Of a stretch of 44,848 nt of DNA, positions 9,375 through 18,728 are shown piece by piece; positions within the stretch are counted from its first letter, which is position 1; every line of letters begins with the position of its first letter. A program made the position numbers and the translations under genes. Location: assembly GCA_902779265.1 (NCBI GenBank), contig CACZAY010000003.1:1-44848 (forward strand), given 5' to 3'. The notes under the pieces are model-generated. The model saw only the letters and a list, made by a program, of their open reading frames with translations, was not told the DNA's origin and ran no database searches. The stretch comes from an uncultured Bacteroidales bacterium. Its GTDB lineage: Bacteria > Bacteroidota > Bacteroidia > Bacteroidales > UBA3663.

Positions 9375-10628
9375 ATGAATATTGAACGTCCGATTTATCT
9401 AAAAAAACTGATTGATCGCCAAAAGAACGGAATGATAAAAATCATTACCGGAATGCGACGTTGCGGCAAGTCGTATTTGCTGTTCAACTTATTTTCGGAT
9501 ACTCTTCAATTACAAGGTGTAGATGAAAAGCATATCCTAAAAATCGATTTGGAGGACATCTACAATGAGCATCTTCGAGAACCGATAGAAATGTTGAAGC
9601 ACATTGAAAACCACATTTTTGACGAAAAGGATTATTACATCCTGATAGACGAAGTTCAACTGCTCGATCGTTTTGAGGAGGTATTGAACACATTGCTCAA
9701 ACGACCACAGATAGATGTCTATGTGACAGGAAGCAATGCCAGATTTTTGTCGAAAGATGTAATAACCACTTTTCGTGGTCGAGGTGACGAAGTGCGTGTT
9801 CACCCGTTCTGTTTTTCAGAGTACCTTTCAGCTCAATCGGACACCATGTATATGGAACGGCATCTGTCCGACTTCATGCGATTGGGTGGTCTGCCACAGT
9901 TGTTGTCAATGCAAAATGAGCAGCAAAAACGTGACTACCTACAGCATCTTTTTGAAAACACCTATATCCTTGACATTAAAGAACGTTATAAAATAAAAAA
10001 CGACAATGATCTGGAAGAATTGGTTGATGTCGTAGCAAGTGGCATCGGTAGTCTAACTAATCCACATAAGATCGCCAACACATTCAAGACAGTCAAACAA
10101 AGCAGCATTGCACAAGATACTATAAAAAATTATTTGGAGTATATGCAAGATGCTTTTTTGATTGAAAAAGCAGTGCGATATGACATAAAGGGACGGAAGT
10201 ACATCGACACTCCAACAAAATACTATTTTGACGATTTGGGATTGCGAAATGCACGATTGAACTTCCGTCAGACAGAGCAGACTCACCTTATGGAAAACTT
10301 GATTTATAATGAGTTGCGATTTAGGGGATATTCAATTGATGTCGGCCAATTGAACGTGTTTGGTAAAAATTCCGACGGCAAAAGCGAGCGGCAGCAACTT
10401 GAGGTCGATTTCGTGTGCAACAAGGGCTATGATCGAATCTATATTCAGTCTGCCTATGCATTGGCCAATGATGAAAAACGCGAACAGGAATTCAAGTCGC
10501 TGAAGCATATCAATGATAATTTCCAGAAGGTCGTCATCGTAGGCGGTCTGCAACCCACTTATCGCAACGACGATGGCATCCTTATCTTGAATCTGTTCGA
10601 TTTCTTGCTGGACAAGGTGACACTTTGA
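9375..10628 (+). CDS. COG1373-type AAA ATPase (AAA_14 + DUF4143 architecture)
   Basis: Walker A GMRRCGKS and Walker B YILIDEVQ are present. The C-terminal EVDFVC...IYIQS motif resembles a PD-(D/E)xK-like motif. AT-rich. Confidence 0.85.
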   Translation: MNIERPIYLKKLIDRQKNGMIKIITGMRRCGKSYLLFNLFSDTLQLQGVDEKHILKIDLEDIYNEHLREPIEMLKHIENHIFDEKDYYILIDEVQLLDRFEEVLNTLLKRPQIDVYVTGSNARFLSKDVITTFRGRGDEVRVHPFCFSEYLSAQSDTMYMERHLSDFMRLGGLPQLLSMQNEQQKRDYLQHLFENTYILDIKERYKIKNDNDLEELVDVVASGIGSLTNPHKIANTFKTVKQSSIAQDTIKNYLEYMQDAFLIEKAVRYDIKGRKYIDTPTKYYFDDLGLRNARLNFRQTEQTHLMENLIYNELRFRGYSIDVGQLNVFGKNSDGKSERQQLEVDFVCNKGYDRIYIQSAYALANDEKREQEFKSLKHINDNFQKVVIVGGLQPTYRNDDGILILNLFDFLLDKVTL

Positions 10629-10635
10629 TGTCCAA

Positions 10636-10674
10636 CTTGTCAAAACTGTGTCTGGACACAAAAATATCAAATAG
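10636..10674 (+). repeat. R1c: leader module copy immediately downstream of the ATPase stop (palindrome variant GTGTCTGGACAC)
   Basis: cttgtcaaaactGTGTCTGGACACaaaaatatcaaatag, compared with R1b. Confidence 0.7.
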
Positions 10675-10687
10675 GCACCACCTCTCA

Positions 10688-10720
10688 CTCGTGAAAACTG
10701 CGTATATACGCAAAAATATC
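10688..10720 (+). repeat. R3a: leader module with a different 12-bp perfect palindrome, GCGTATATACGC
   Basis: ctcgtgaaaactGCGTATATACGCaaaaatatc has the same flanks as R1 but a swapped core. Confidence 0.7.
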
Positions 10721-10828
10721 GAGTGGATATTGTGCGCAGGAACCAAATAATAGGGCGATTATAGTCTCTATCAATGCACATGAAAGAAAAAAATTTACGC
10801 AAAATTTGGTTTGTTTGGAAGAAAACTT

Positions 10829-10836
10829 TACTTTTG
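10829..10836 (+). promoter_or_regulatory. Orphan copy of the ATPase promoter (-7 box TACTTTTG)
   Basis: It has the same context as 9325-9332 but is followed only by R3b and the R2b relic. No intact ATPase ORF follows. Confidence 0.35.
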
Positions 10837-10838
10837 CA

Positions 10839-10870
10839 CTCGTGAAAACCGCGTATATACGCAAAAATAT
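10839..10870 (+). repeat. R3b: second copy of the GCGTATATACGC leader module
   Basis: ctcgtgaaaaccGCGTATATACGCaaaaatat, with the palindrome at 10851-10862. Confidence 0.7.
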
Positions 10871-10880
10871 TAACACAAAA

Positions 10881-10913
10881 CATTTTTGCCAATGAATTAA
10901 TCAACAGACAAAA
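10881..10913 (+). repeat. R2b: second copy of the truncated ATPase 5'-end relic
   Basis: catttttgccaatgaattaatcaacagacaaaa has one mismatch to R2a. Confidence 0.6.
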
Positions 10914-11169
10914 GACATATAGATAAGAAGCGTTAGCTTTGTATTCTTGCATCTCTGAGAATTGGGGAATTTGAAGAAATGTCGCAAAGAGTAAAAAGTT
11001 GATGCTCACGTCGTTGACGTGGGCTTTTACTCGTTGATTGCGGCAAAAGGTCATCCCCAATACCTCAGAGAGCGTAGACGAAGTTAAAAGGTCCACGCTT
11101 TTTTTCTGTCTAAACCATGAGAGATATTTGGATGGACTAACAGCAATTAACATAATATCAACGTTTAAC

Positions 11170-11688
11170 ATGAAAAGATTCTTTTCTATAATATCACTAA
11201 TGTTGTTGTCAACATGCGTTATACTTTCACAATCAAGCACTGCCAATGATGATTTTATGAAAGATGTCACCAACATGAATTATCATATTGACTATTCAAA
11301 AATGAAAGTAAAAAAAACGAATATACAAGGATATATTGAAATGACATGCAATATGTCTTTTCAACAATTCAAAAAATCGACTAATTCCATTCTGATAGAA
11401 TCTGTAAATTCTGTATTGGAAAAAAAAGGTCTCAAATTGGTAGATGCTAAAAATCCATCTGAAATTGATGTTATGATGAGTTTCCTTGATGCAGATCCAG
11501 ACGGAGAACACGAAATAGAGATAAAGATAATTCATAAAAAGTCTAAAAGCGTTATCTCAACTTTTAAGGTGAGTTCTAACGGAGATGACGATGGAGACAC
11601 ATTCCCGGAAATGTTCATGCCTAGCTTGCAAAAAAATGGGAAAAAAATTGGTCGACAAATCAGTCGCCTAAAAAACACAGCAAAATAA
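11170..11688 (+). CDS. Small secreted hypothetical protein
   Basis: The ORF 11038..11688 was trimmed to MKRFFSIISLMLLSTCVILSQS (signal peptide). AT-rich, no known motif, and followed by a terminator. Confidence 0.5.
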   Translation: MKRFFSIISLMLLSTCVILSQSSTANDDFMKDVTNMNYHIDYSKMKVKKTNIQGYIEMTCNMSFQQFKKSTNSILIESVNSVLEKKGLKLVDAKNPSEIDVMMSFLDADPDGEHEIEIKIIHKKSKSVISTFKVSSNGDDDGDTFPEMFMPSLQKNGKKIGRQISRLKNTAK

Positions 11689-11695
11689 AAGGAAA

Positions 11696-11728
11696 CAGCC
11701 TGCGAGATTATTCCCGCAGGCTGTTTTT
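11696..11728 (+). terminator. Rho-independent terminator
   Basis: cagcctgcg / cgcaggctg forms a 9-bp stem with a 10-nt loop, followed by TTTTT. Confidence 0.7.
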
Positions 11729-11746
11729 GTCAACTTTAGCAAACTT

Positions 11747-11774
11747 CCCAACTCCCTCCCTCGGGAGGGTTGGG
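11747..11774. repeat. GC-rich hairpin CCCAA-CT-CCCTCCC-TC-GGGAGGG-TTGGG
   Basis: Same family as 7987-8014. It sits between the AT-rich islet and the stop codon of the GH78-like gene. Confidence 0.5.
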
Positions 11775-11804
11775 GAGGGGTCGGTTCGGGTCGCAAGTGG
11801 TCTC

Positions 11805-13568
11805 CTACAGCTTCCACCTCTTCTCGCCCGTCACGAGTTTCTTGACGTGCCTGTGGGTGCGGCCGCCATCCTGCGGCAGATAGACATCGGCTTTGACGCC
11901 GGCGGGCAGGGAGACAGACATCTGACCATCGGCAATGCGCACCGTAATCGGCCCCTTGGGCGACGGCACACGGCATTCGGCCTCGGTCAGACTGCCCGGA
12001 CGCGGACGGATTTCGACCACATCGAACGCAGGAGCCACCGGCCGCACGCCCATCAGTCGGAACGGAATGATGTTGGCCGGAGCCGCGCCCCACGCATGAT
12101 TCCAGTCCTGGTTGGGCTTCCAAGTGTTGCCCCATGCCTCCATCGTGATGGTCGAACCCTCGCGCATCATGTTCACCCAACTGCGGTCGCTCTGGCTCGT
12201 CATCAGGGCCAATGCCGCATCCGGCTCACCGCAATCGTAGAGCGCATCGAGCAGGAACTGAGCGCCATAGACGCTGCACGCCATGCCGCGCGAGATGATG
12301 TGCCGTGCCACCGATGCCTTATATTCGTCGGGTACGAGGCCGAACACCGTGGCAAAGACGTTGGCATGGAGCGAAGCGTGGTCGGTGCCGATGCCATCCA
12401 CGTAGATGCCGCGCACCGAGTCGAGGAAGGCGCGGTTGAAGTTGTCGCGCAGCTGCCCGGCATAGTAGGCGAAACGAGCTGCATCGGCATTGCGGCCAAT
12501 GGCTTTCATCATCTCGCCGAGTCGCGCGACGGCCGCGTAGTGATAGGCATTGACCACGGTGTTGAAGTCGGTATAGACGTAGCCGTCATCTTCGCCGCCC
12601 TGACCCTGCGCCAGTCCGAGGATGCCCGAATGTGGCCAATCGACGATGTCGCTCACGGGGTCGCGCCGACGGATGGAGTTGAGCACCTCGCGCGACTGTC
12701 CGCGTTTGGACGAGATGAGCCCCGTCAAACTGTCGCGCAGGGCCATCAGCGTGTGCGCCTGAAGCTCGTCGCGGTAGCGTTCGATGAGTTCGGTGTTGCC
12801 CGAATAGAGGTAGTCGTACCAGGCGACGAGGTCCATCTGCAGGATCCACTCGGTTGGCCAAGTGGGGTGTTCGATGAGGTATTCGAAGGTGCGGCGGGCG
12901 ACGTCGTAGCGGCAGTCGGTCGCGTAGTGGCACAGCTGGTTGATGAGCGCATCGGCCTCGTATGGGATGCGTTCGCGGTCGCCATCCACGTAGTAGCCCG
13001 TGAACGACGTCGCCTTGATGCTGTACTTGCACAGGTCCCAGACGGCGTTGAGCACCGAGTCGCTCGAATGGAAGTAGGCGGCATCGTCATCGAACGGCAC
13101 ATTGACCGCAATGCGCACCACATCGGCCGAAGTCAGCCCCTTCGCGCCCTCGACCTCGCAATAGCGGAACGGCATCACCTCGCCCACCTCGTCGGGCATA
13201 CGCACGGCAGTGCCGCTCGTGTTGCGGCGGTCCTTTGGGATGGCTGGCCGATAGGTGTGGGTGCCCTGCTGGAGCGGCACAGTGACGATGCGGTAGCGCC
13301 GTGAGCCACCCGGATTGCGGTCCACGCGGCCGTCTGCGGCACATTCGCCGAGGTGGAGGCGCAGGGTGTCGTTGGCCGATGAGGCATTGGCCGTAATCTC
13401 AATCTGTCCGAAGGCTGCGCGGCCGAAGTCGAGCATGGCATTGCCATCGGCCAAGACCGAAAAACTGACGGCCTGCTGGCGCGTCTGCTGGAGTTCGGGC
13501 GATGGCTGCGCCCAGGCGGTGAGGGCGATGGCCGATGCACATAGCTGAAGGAGAAGTGTCTTTTTCAT
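11805..13568 (-). CDS. Secreted six-hairpin glycoside hydrolase, GH78 alpha-L-rhamnosidase-like
   Basis: Signal peptide MKKTLLLQLCASAIALTAWAQ. The pattern YYVDGDRERIPYEADALINQ...TEWILQMDLVAWYDYLYSGN resembles the bacterial rhamnosidase catalytic region. Confidence 0.55.
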   Translation of the reverse strand: MKKTLLLQLCASAIALTAWAQPSPELQQTRQQAVSFSVLADGNAMLDFGRAAFGQIEITANASSANDTLRLHLGECAADGRVDRNPGGSRRYRIVTVPLQQGTHTYRPAIPKDRRNTSGTAVRMPDEVGEVMPFRYCEVEGAKGLTSADVVRIAVNVPFDDDAAYFHSSDSVLNAVWDLCKYSIKATSFTGYYVDGDRERIPYEADALINQLCHYATDCRYDVARRTFEYLIEHPTWPTEWILQMDLVAWYDYLYSGNTELIERYRDELQAHTLMALRDSLTGLISSKRGQSREVLNSIRRRDPVSDIVDWPHSGILGLAQGQGGEDDGYVYTDFNTVVNAYHYAAVARLGEMMKAIGRNADAARFAYYAGQLRDNFNRAFLDSVRGIYVDGIGTDHASLHANVFATVFGLVPDEYKASVARHIISRGMACSVYGAQFLLDALYDCGEPDAALALMTSQSDRSWVNMMREGSTITMEAWGNTWKPNQDWNHAWGAAPANIIPFRLMGVRPVAPAFDVVEIRPRPGSLTEAECRVPSPKGPITVRIADGQMSVSLPAGVKADVYLPQDGGRTHRHVKKLVTGEKRWKL

Positions 13569-13572
13569 AGTG

Positions 13573-13710
13573 CTATATTGTTTTGATTATGAATTCGTCC
13601 ATCTTGAGCGGGCCGTCCGCCCAAGCACGTTTGCTGTCCTTGTAATCCTGTGCCGCAAGGACATTGGCCAAAAGCCCGATGCCCAGTGCGAGAAAAAGTC
13701 GTTTTTTCAT
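13573..13710 (-). CDS. 45-aa ORF with a signal peptide (small secreted peptide or N-terminal relic)
   Basis: MKKRLFLALGIGLLANVLAAQDYKDSKRAWADGPLKMDEFIIKTI. Its stop lies 4 nt before the GH78-like ATG, and a -7 box sits 54 nt upstream. It is below the ORF-track size cut-off. Confidence 0.3.
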   Translation of the reverse strand: MKKRLFLALGIGLLANVLAAQDYKDSKRAWADGPLKMDEFIIKTI

Positions 13711-13763
13711 CTGAATAAATGTCGTTTTTCATTGTGCGGTTTGTTGCCAATCGCAATCGGCCG

Positions 13764-13771
13764 CAAAGATA
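13764..13771 (-). promoter_or_regulatory. -7 box (TATCTTTG) for the small ORF / GH78-like operon
   Basis: Reverse complement of caaagata, 54 nt upstream of the ATG at 13710. Confidence 0.45.
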
Positions 13772-13847
13772 CGATTTTTTTCCGAGATGGCCATTCTATT
13801 CGTGCGGAAAAATTTAGGGAGGGGAGTGGCCAATGCCCATAAATCAG

Positions 13848-13882
13848 ACCACCGCACGCGGCGAAGTGTCGTGTGCGGTGGC
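13848..13882. terminator. Hairpin downstream of the C10 peptidase gene
   Basis: accaccgcacgcg / cgtgtgcggtggc form a 12-13-bp stem with one mismatch. T-rich on the plus side. Confidence 0.45.
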
Positions 13883-13894
13883 GTTTATGACGGT

Positions 13895-15388
13895 TTATTT
13901 CTGCTTTTTTGAATAGTCCATGATGGACATCTGGTGGTTGAAGTGCCCCCGATGGTCATCGGCAAGCCAGATGCCGCTTCCCACGCCGAGGTCATGATAG
14001 AACATCTCCAGCGACGTGCCGGTCTCGAAGTGGAATTTCTGGTAGGCGGTGACGACCCAATAGTGCATTTCCTTGTCCCAATTGATGATTTTTATCGAGC
14101 CGCCGTCTGTGCCATAGACAAGTGGAAGCCGGTTGTCTTTTAGCATGTCCAACAGTCGGTCCGTATCGTAGCCATACCAGTCAGCCCCATAGAAATATTT
14201 TTGGAAAAAGTGCTGCAGGAGGTTGCGTTTTGTGATGCTTGTGCCATAGAGCCAATGTTGGGCGTGGCAATCGTCCCCGATTTTCTTCATGAAGCGACCC
14301 AATTGTCTGGCCTGATCGTCTGTCCATCCGTAGTTCATGTTGACCCATCGGAATTCTGGCCAATCTTCATCGCCGGTTTTGAACTTCTTGGCGGCCACAC
14401 CCTGTTGAACGGCCACTTTACAGGCTGCTACGGCACCGCATCCCACATAGGCGTGATTTTTTCGCGGGCCGAAGATGATGTGTTCCCGTTTGGTGTGTCC
14501 CTGACAATAGTTGAAAGGTTCTGTCTGGCCGAATCCGAAGTCGCGTACGGGGTGTCTATTGGGCAGCGTCACGATAAAGGCGTCAATGTCTGCGACCTGA
14601 TAATTGTTGGCCAACCCACCGGCCAGCGCATTCAGCGAGTCGATGACGGCATCGTTGCCCGGATTCTGCCTCATTTCCCGATAGGTCGTATTGGCGAGGA
14701 ATTTTGTCCAGTGGTAGGTAAATGCCACTTGTTCGTAGTGGGTGCGGACTTGAGTCTGTGTCTGTTCCGGTTCGTCGATGATTGTGTCTGTGGCCAATGC
14801 CGTTTCGTAAACCGAGTCCTCATCAGCAATCGTAATGACCTTGCCATCGGCGTATTGGACATAACAATCTCCCGTCAGCGTGTCTGTGTGGATTGTGAAA
14901 GTCTTGGCCGATTCCTCCGTGTCGCTGCCGCAGATTTCTTCGTCCGATAGGGTTGTGCTTCCCGTCTCGGAATAGGCCAGAATAGGCATCACGCTGGTGA
15001 CGAGCTGATCGGAAGAGGTGATGACATAACCGCCATCCTTCAGGTTGACGACGCGGAGCAGGGGAATGTCCACGGAATCGATGCGTGATGTCTGTACCTC
15101 CTCGTTATAGATGGCCTCGAAATCGACCTCTTTGCGCAGGGCGGAGCTTCGAGTGTCCTTTTCTGACTCGTACATAGCATCCAGGAAGTTCTGTACAATC
15201 TGTCCGGATACGGCTCGCGGGATATATGCCTTGTTGCCCTGCATGATGATGCTGTCGTCGATGGCCTGCCATTCGGCGTTGCTGCGCGGTTCGGTCGGCT
15301 CGACAGGCTTCCAGCCTCGGCCGTCGATACAGGATGTACACAGAATTGTCAAAATGCTCAAAGAAGATAGTAGTGACGAATTGTTCAT
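13895..15388 (-). CDS. C10-family (streptopain-like) cysteine peptidase lipoprotein
   Basis: A lipobox-like LTILCTSC is present. QTEPFNYCQG and YVGCGAVAACKVA match the C10 W.Q..PYN..CP and GCVATAMAQ catalytic-Cys context. The N-terminal region resembles Spi inhibitor-like prodomains. Confidence 0.55.
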   Translation of the reverse strand: MNNSSLLSSLSILTILCTSCIDGRGWKPVEPTEPRSNAEWQAIDDSIIMQGNKAYIPRAVSGQIVQNFLDAMYESEKDTRSSALRKEVDFEAIYNEEVQTSRIDSVDIPLLRVVNLKDGGYVITSSDQLVTSVMPILAYSETGSTTLSDEEICGSDTEESAKTFTIHTDTLTGDCYVQYADGKVITIADEDSVYETALATDTIIDEPEQTQTQVRTHYEQVAFTYHWTKFLANTTYREMRQNPGNDAVIDSLNALAGGLANNYQVADIDAFIVTLPNRHPVRDFGFGQTEPFNYCQGHTKREHIIFGPRKNHAYVGCGAVAACKVAVQQGVAAKKFKTGDEDWPEFRWVNMNYGWTDDQARQLGRFMKKIGDDCHAQHWLYGTSITKRNLLQHFFQKYFYGADWYGYDTDRLLDMLKDNRLPLVYGTDGGSIKIINWDKEMHYWVVTAYQKFHFETGTSLEMFYHDLGVGSGIWLADDHRGHFNHQMSIMDYSKKQK

Positions 15389-15424
15389 AAATCAGATAGA
15401 ATGGAATAACTTGTAATTTTGGTG

Positions 15425-15432
15425 CAAAGATA
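15425..15432 (-). promoter_or_regulatory. -7 box (TATCTTTG) of the peptidase gene
   Basis: Lies 37 nt upstream of the ATG at 15388. Confidence 0.5.
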
Positions 15433-15636
15433 TATTTTTCTCGTAAGTAAAATCTGAAATTTGTAATATTTATAACGATTATTGTCGAAATTGTTATAAA
15501 AAAAGTAAAGTGCAATTTGCAGAAATAGTATTGGCCAACGAATCTCTTCTTAACTTCATTCCGAGACCCATTTTGAGCCTCAAACGCCATTGGCCATAAA
15601 AATAACCCAAAACTTGCATTTCTGCCAAAAACTCGC

Positions 15637-15644
15637 TACCTTTG
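15637..15644 (+). promoter_or_regulatory. -7 box (TACCTTTG) of the PEP-binding protein gene
   Basis: Lies 29 nt upstream of the ATG at 15673. Confidence 0.5.
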
Positions 15645-15672
15645 TGGTCTTGAAACTTAAACCGACAGAAAA

Positions 15673-18600
15673 ATGCAGCTACAACTTCGTGACACACAGT
15701 TTGTCGATCTGATGCAGAGGCGCGTCTGCAACGTGCTTATCGTGGCCAATCCGTATGACGCCTTCATGCTGGAAGACGACGGCCGCATCGACGAGAAAAT
15801 CTTTCAGGAATATGCCGAACTGGGACTGCGCTTCCCGCCACGCTTCCTGCAAGCCGATTCGCAGGCAGCGGCCGACCATGTCATGGAGGTCAGCAACATC
15901 GACCTCATCATCTGTATGCCGGCCAAGGCATCGACGCCCGACGATGACGTGTTCGACATCGCCTCGTCGCTCAAGCGCGATCACCCGACGGTGCCCATTG
16001 TGGTGCTGACGCCCTTCAGCCATGGTATCACGGCGCGGATGCAGGATGTCGATCTGAGCATCTTCGAGTTCGTCTTTTGCTGGCTGGGCAACAACGACCT
16101 GCTCATCACCATCATCAAGCTGGTCGAGGACCGCATGAACCTGGAGCATGACGTGCAGAGCGGCGTGCAGATGATTCTCGTGGTCGAGGACAACATCCGT
16201 TTCTACTCGTCCATCCTGCCCAACCTCTACAAGTTCGTGCTGCAACAGAGCCAGAACTTCGCGACCGAGGCCCTAAACGCCCATCTCGAGACGCTGCGTA
16301 TGCGCGGTCGCCCGAAAATCGTATTGGCCAGAAACTACGAAGAGGCGTGGGGCCTGTATGAGACTTTTTCGGCCAATGTCCTTGGTGTCATCTCCGACTG
16401 CCGCTTCCCGCTCACCGCGCCCAAGGGCGCCAATCCGACCGAGGAGGAGAAGGAGGCCGATGCCGGTTTCCGCCTGTTCGAGGCCATCCGCCGCGAAGAC
16501 CCGTACGTGCCACTCGTCATGGAGTCGGCCGAGTCGGAGAACGAGCAAAGGTCATTGGCCAAGGGCTACCACTTCATTGACAAGAACTCGAAGAAGATGG
16601 ACGTGGACCTGCGCGATACGGTGAGGAAGTATTTCGGCTTCGGCGACTTCATCCTGCGCGACCCCGTGACGGGCGAGGAGCAGGCGCGCATCCGCAACCT
16701 GAAGGAGCTGCAGGACAACATCTTTACCCTGCCGCGCGAGGCTCTGCTCGAACATCTGTCGAAAAACAATGTGTCGCGCTGGCTCGGTTCGCGCGCCTTG
16801 TTCCCCATCGCCGAGTTCCTGAAGCGCATCACGTGGACCTCGTTGCAGGACGTCGATGCCCATCGTCAGATTATCTTCGACGCCATCGTCTCGTACCGCA
16901 AGATGAAGAATCAGGGCGTCGTCGCCGTCTTCCAGCGCGAGCGGTTTGACAAATACAGCAACTTTGCGCGCATCGGCGAGGGTTCGTTGGGCGGCAAGGG
17001 ACGCGGCTTGGCCTTCATCGACCGAATGCTGACGCGCCACGAGGACATGCAGATGCCAGGCGTCACGACCTGCATCCCGAAGACCGTCGTGCTCTGTACC
17101 GACATCTTCGACGAGTTTATGGATGCCAACGAACTGTACCATGTTGCCCTGAGCGACCTGCCCGACGAGGAGATTCACCGCACTTTCCTGCGCGGCCACC
17201 TGCCCAGCCGGTTGGTGGGCGACCTGGAGGCCTTCATGGAGGTCGTGCGCGGACCGCTCGCCATCCGTTCGTCGTCGCTGCTCGAAGACTCTCACTATCA
17301 GCCGTTTGCCGGCATCTACAGCACCTACATGATTCCCTTCGTCGATGACAAGTACCGCCGGATGGAGTTGTTGGCCAATGCCGTAAAGTCGGTCTATGCC
17401 TCGGTCTTCTACCGCAGTTCGAAGGACTACATGACGGCGACGTCCAACGTCATCGACCAGGAGAAGATGGCCGTCATCCTGCAGGAGGTCGTCGGCCAAC
17501 AGCACGGCTCGCTATTCTATCCCGTCATCAGCGGCGTGGCGCGCAGCGTCAACTACTATCCCATCGGCGACGAACAGGCCGACGAGGGCACCGTCTCATT
17601 GGCCTTCGGTCTGGGCAAATACATCGTCGATGGCGGCGTCAGCCTGCGCGTCTGTCCGGCGCATCCCAACCAGGTGCTCCAGATGAGCGAGATGGAAATC
17701 GCGCTACGCGACACGCAGACGGCATTCCTTGCGCTCGACCTCGACTACGCGACCCAGGGCTCAGAGTGCGACACCAGCTACGAGTTCAAGGTCGATGACG
17801 GATTCAACCTGCGCCGTCTGCCCGTGCGTCAGGCCGAGGCCGATGGCACGTTGCCGTGGGTCTGCTCGACTTTCGATCCCAACGACCAGGTCATCTACGA
17901 CGGCTTTTATGAGGGACGTAACCGCAAGATCATTTCGATGGCCGGCGTGCTCCACAACGGGCTTTTCCCGTTGCCCGAACTGATGCAGAAGGCGTTGAAA
18001 TATGGTCAGGAGGAGATGCGCCGTCCCGTCGAAATCGAATTTGCCGTCAACCTGCACAAGGGGCCGAACGGCGAGAACATGGGCGAGTTCAACCTGCTGC
18101 AGATCCGTCCGATGGTTGACAACCGCATGTCCATCGGCATCGATCTGTGCGACATTCCCGACAGCGACTGCCTGCTCCGTTCGCACTCGGCCATTGGCCA
18201 TGGTGTGTTCGACGATGTGGCCGATGTCGTTTACGTCAAGACCGACGGCTTCAGCGCGAGCCAGAATCCGGCCATTGCCGACGAGATTGAGCACATCAAC
18301 CGTTCGCTTTTGGCCGATGGACGCCGCTGCGTGCTGATTGGTCCCGGCCGATGGGGTTCGAGCGACCCGTGGCTGGGCATCCCCGTCAAGTGGCCGAACA
18401 TTTCGAGTGCGCGCGTCATCGTCGAGGCCGGGCTGGACAATTTCCAGGTCGATCCGAGCCAGGGCACCCACTTCTTCCAGAACCTCACGTCGCTCGGCGT
18501 CTGCTACATGACCATCAATGCCTTCAAGGCCGATGGCTGCCTCGACCAGAGCGTGCTCGACGCGATGCCCGCCGTCCAGGAGACCGACCACGTGCGCCAT

Positions 18601-18690
18601 GTCCGTTTCGCAGCGCCATTGGCCATCCTCGTCGATGGAATCCACCGCGAGGGCGTGGTGATGCCGGAAATGCCGCCGATGAAGAAGTAG
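15673..18690 (+). CDS. PEP/pyruvate-binding (PPDK_N / PEP synthase-like) domain protein with N-terminal receiver-like domains
   Basis: The 1005-aa ORF has receiver-like segments VLIVANPYDAFMLEDD and MILVVEDNIRFYS. The ATP-grasp PPDK_N signature GEGSLGGKGRGLAFIDRML and AIRSSSLLEDS are also present. Confidence 0.7.
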   Translation: MQLQLRDTQFVDLMQRRVCNVLIVANPYDAFMLEDDGRIDEKIFQEYAELGLRFPPRFLQADSQAAADHVMEVSNIDLIICMPAKASTPDDDVFDIASSLKRDHPTVPIVVLTPFSHGITARMQDVDLSIFEFVFCWLGNNDLLITIIKLVEDRMNLEHDVQSGVQMILVVEDNIRFYSSILPNLYKFVLQQSQNFATEALNAHLETLRMRGRPKIVLARNYEEAWGLYETFSANVLGVISDCRFPLTAPKGANPTEEEKEADAGFRLFEAIRREDPYVPLVMESAESENEQRSLAKGYHFIDKNSKKMDVDLRDTVRKYFGFGDFILRDPVTGEEQARIRNLKELQDNIFTLPREALLEHLSKNNVSRWLGSRALFPIAEFLKRITWTSLQDVDAHRQIIFDAIVSYRKMKNQGVVAVFQRERFDKYSNFARIGEGSLGGKGRGLAFIDRMLTRHEDMQMPGVTTCIPKTVVLCTDIFDEFMDANELYHVALSDLPDEEIHRTFLRGHLPSRLVGDLEAFMEVVRGPLAIRSSSLLEDSHYQPFAGIYSTYMIPFVDDKYRRMELLANAVKSVYASVFYRSSKDYMTATSNVIDQEKMAVILQEVVGQQHGSLFYPVISGVARSVNYYPIGDEQADEGTVSLAFGLGKYIVDGGVSLRVCPAHPNQVLQMSEMEIALRDTQTAFLALDLDYATQGSECDTSYEFKVDDGFNLRRLPVRQAEADGTLPWVCSTFDPNDQVIYDGFYEGRNRKIISMAGVLHNGLFPLPELMQKALKYGQEEMRRPVEIEFAVNLHKGPNGENMGEFNLLQIRPMVDNRMSIGIDLCDIPDSDCLLRSHSAIGHGVFDDVADVVYVKTDGFSASQNPAIADEIEHINRSLLADGRRCVLIGPGRWGSSDPWLGIPVKWPNISSARVIVEAGLDNFQVDPSQGTHFFQNLTSLGVCYMTINAFKADGCLDQSVLDAMPAVQETDHVRHVRFAAPLAILVDGIHREGVVMPEMPPMKK

Positions 18691-18728
18691 GGAAGCCGCA
18701 ATGTGAAAATTCGTCAGAAAATATTTTT

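Noticed and set aside
9187-10913. Possible CRISPR array, given the repeated 25-39-nt modules.
   Set aside because: Spacing is irregular (about 150 nt, about 1.3 kb, about 50 nt, about 150 nt). The repeats include promoter boxes and gene 5' relics, and two different cores are used. No cas genes are present.
10332-11276. A 314-aa minus-strand ORF in the AT-rich islet.
   Set aside because: It overlaps the 3' end of the well-supported ATPase and runs straight through the repeated promoter/leader modules and the start of the 11170 gene. It has no signal peptide, motif or promoter, so it is likely spurious.
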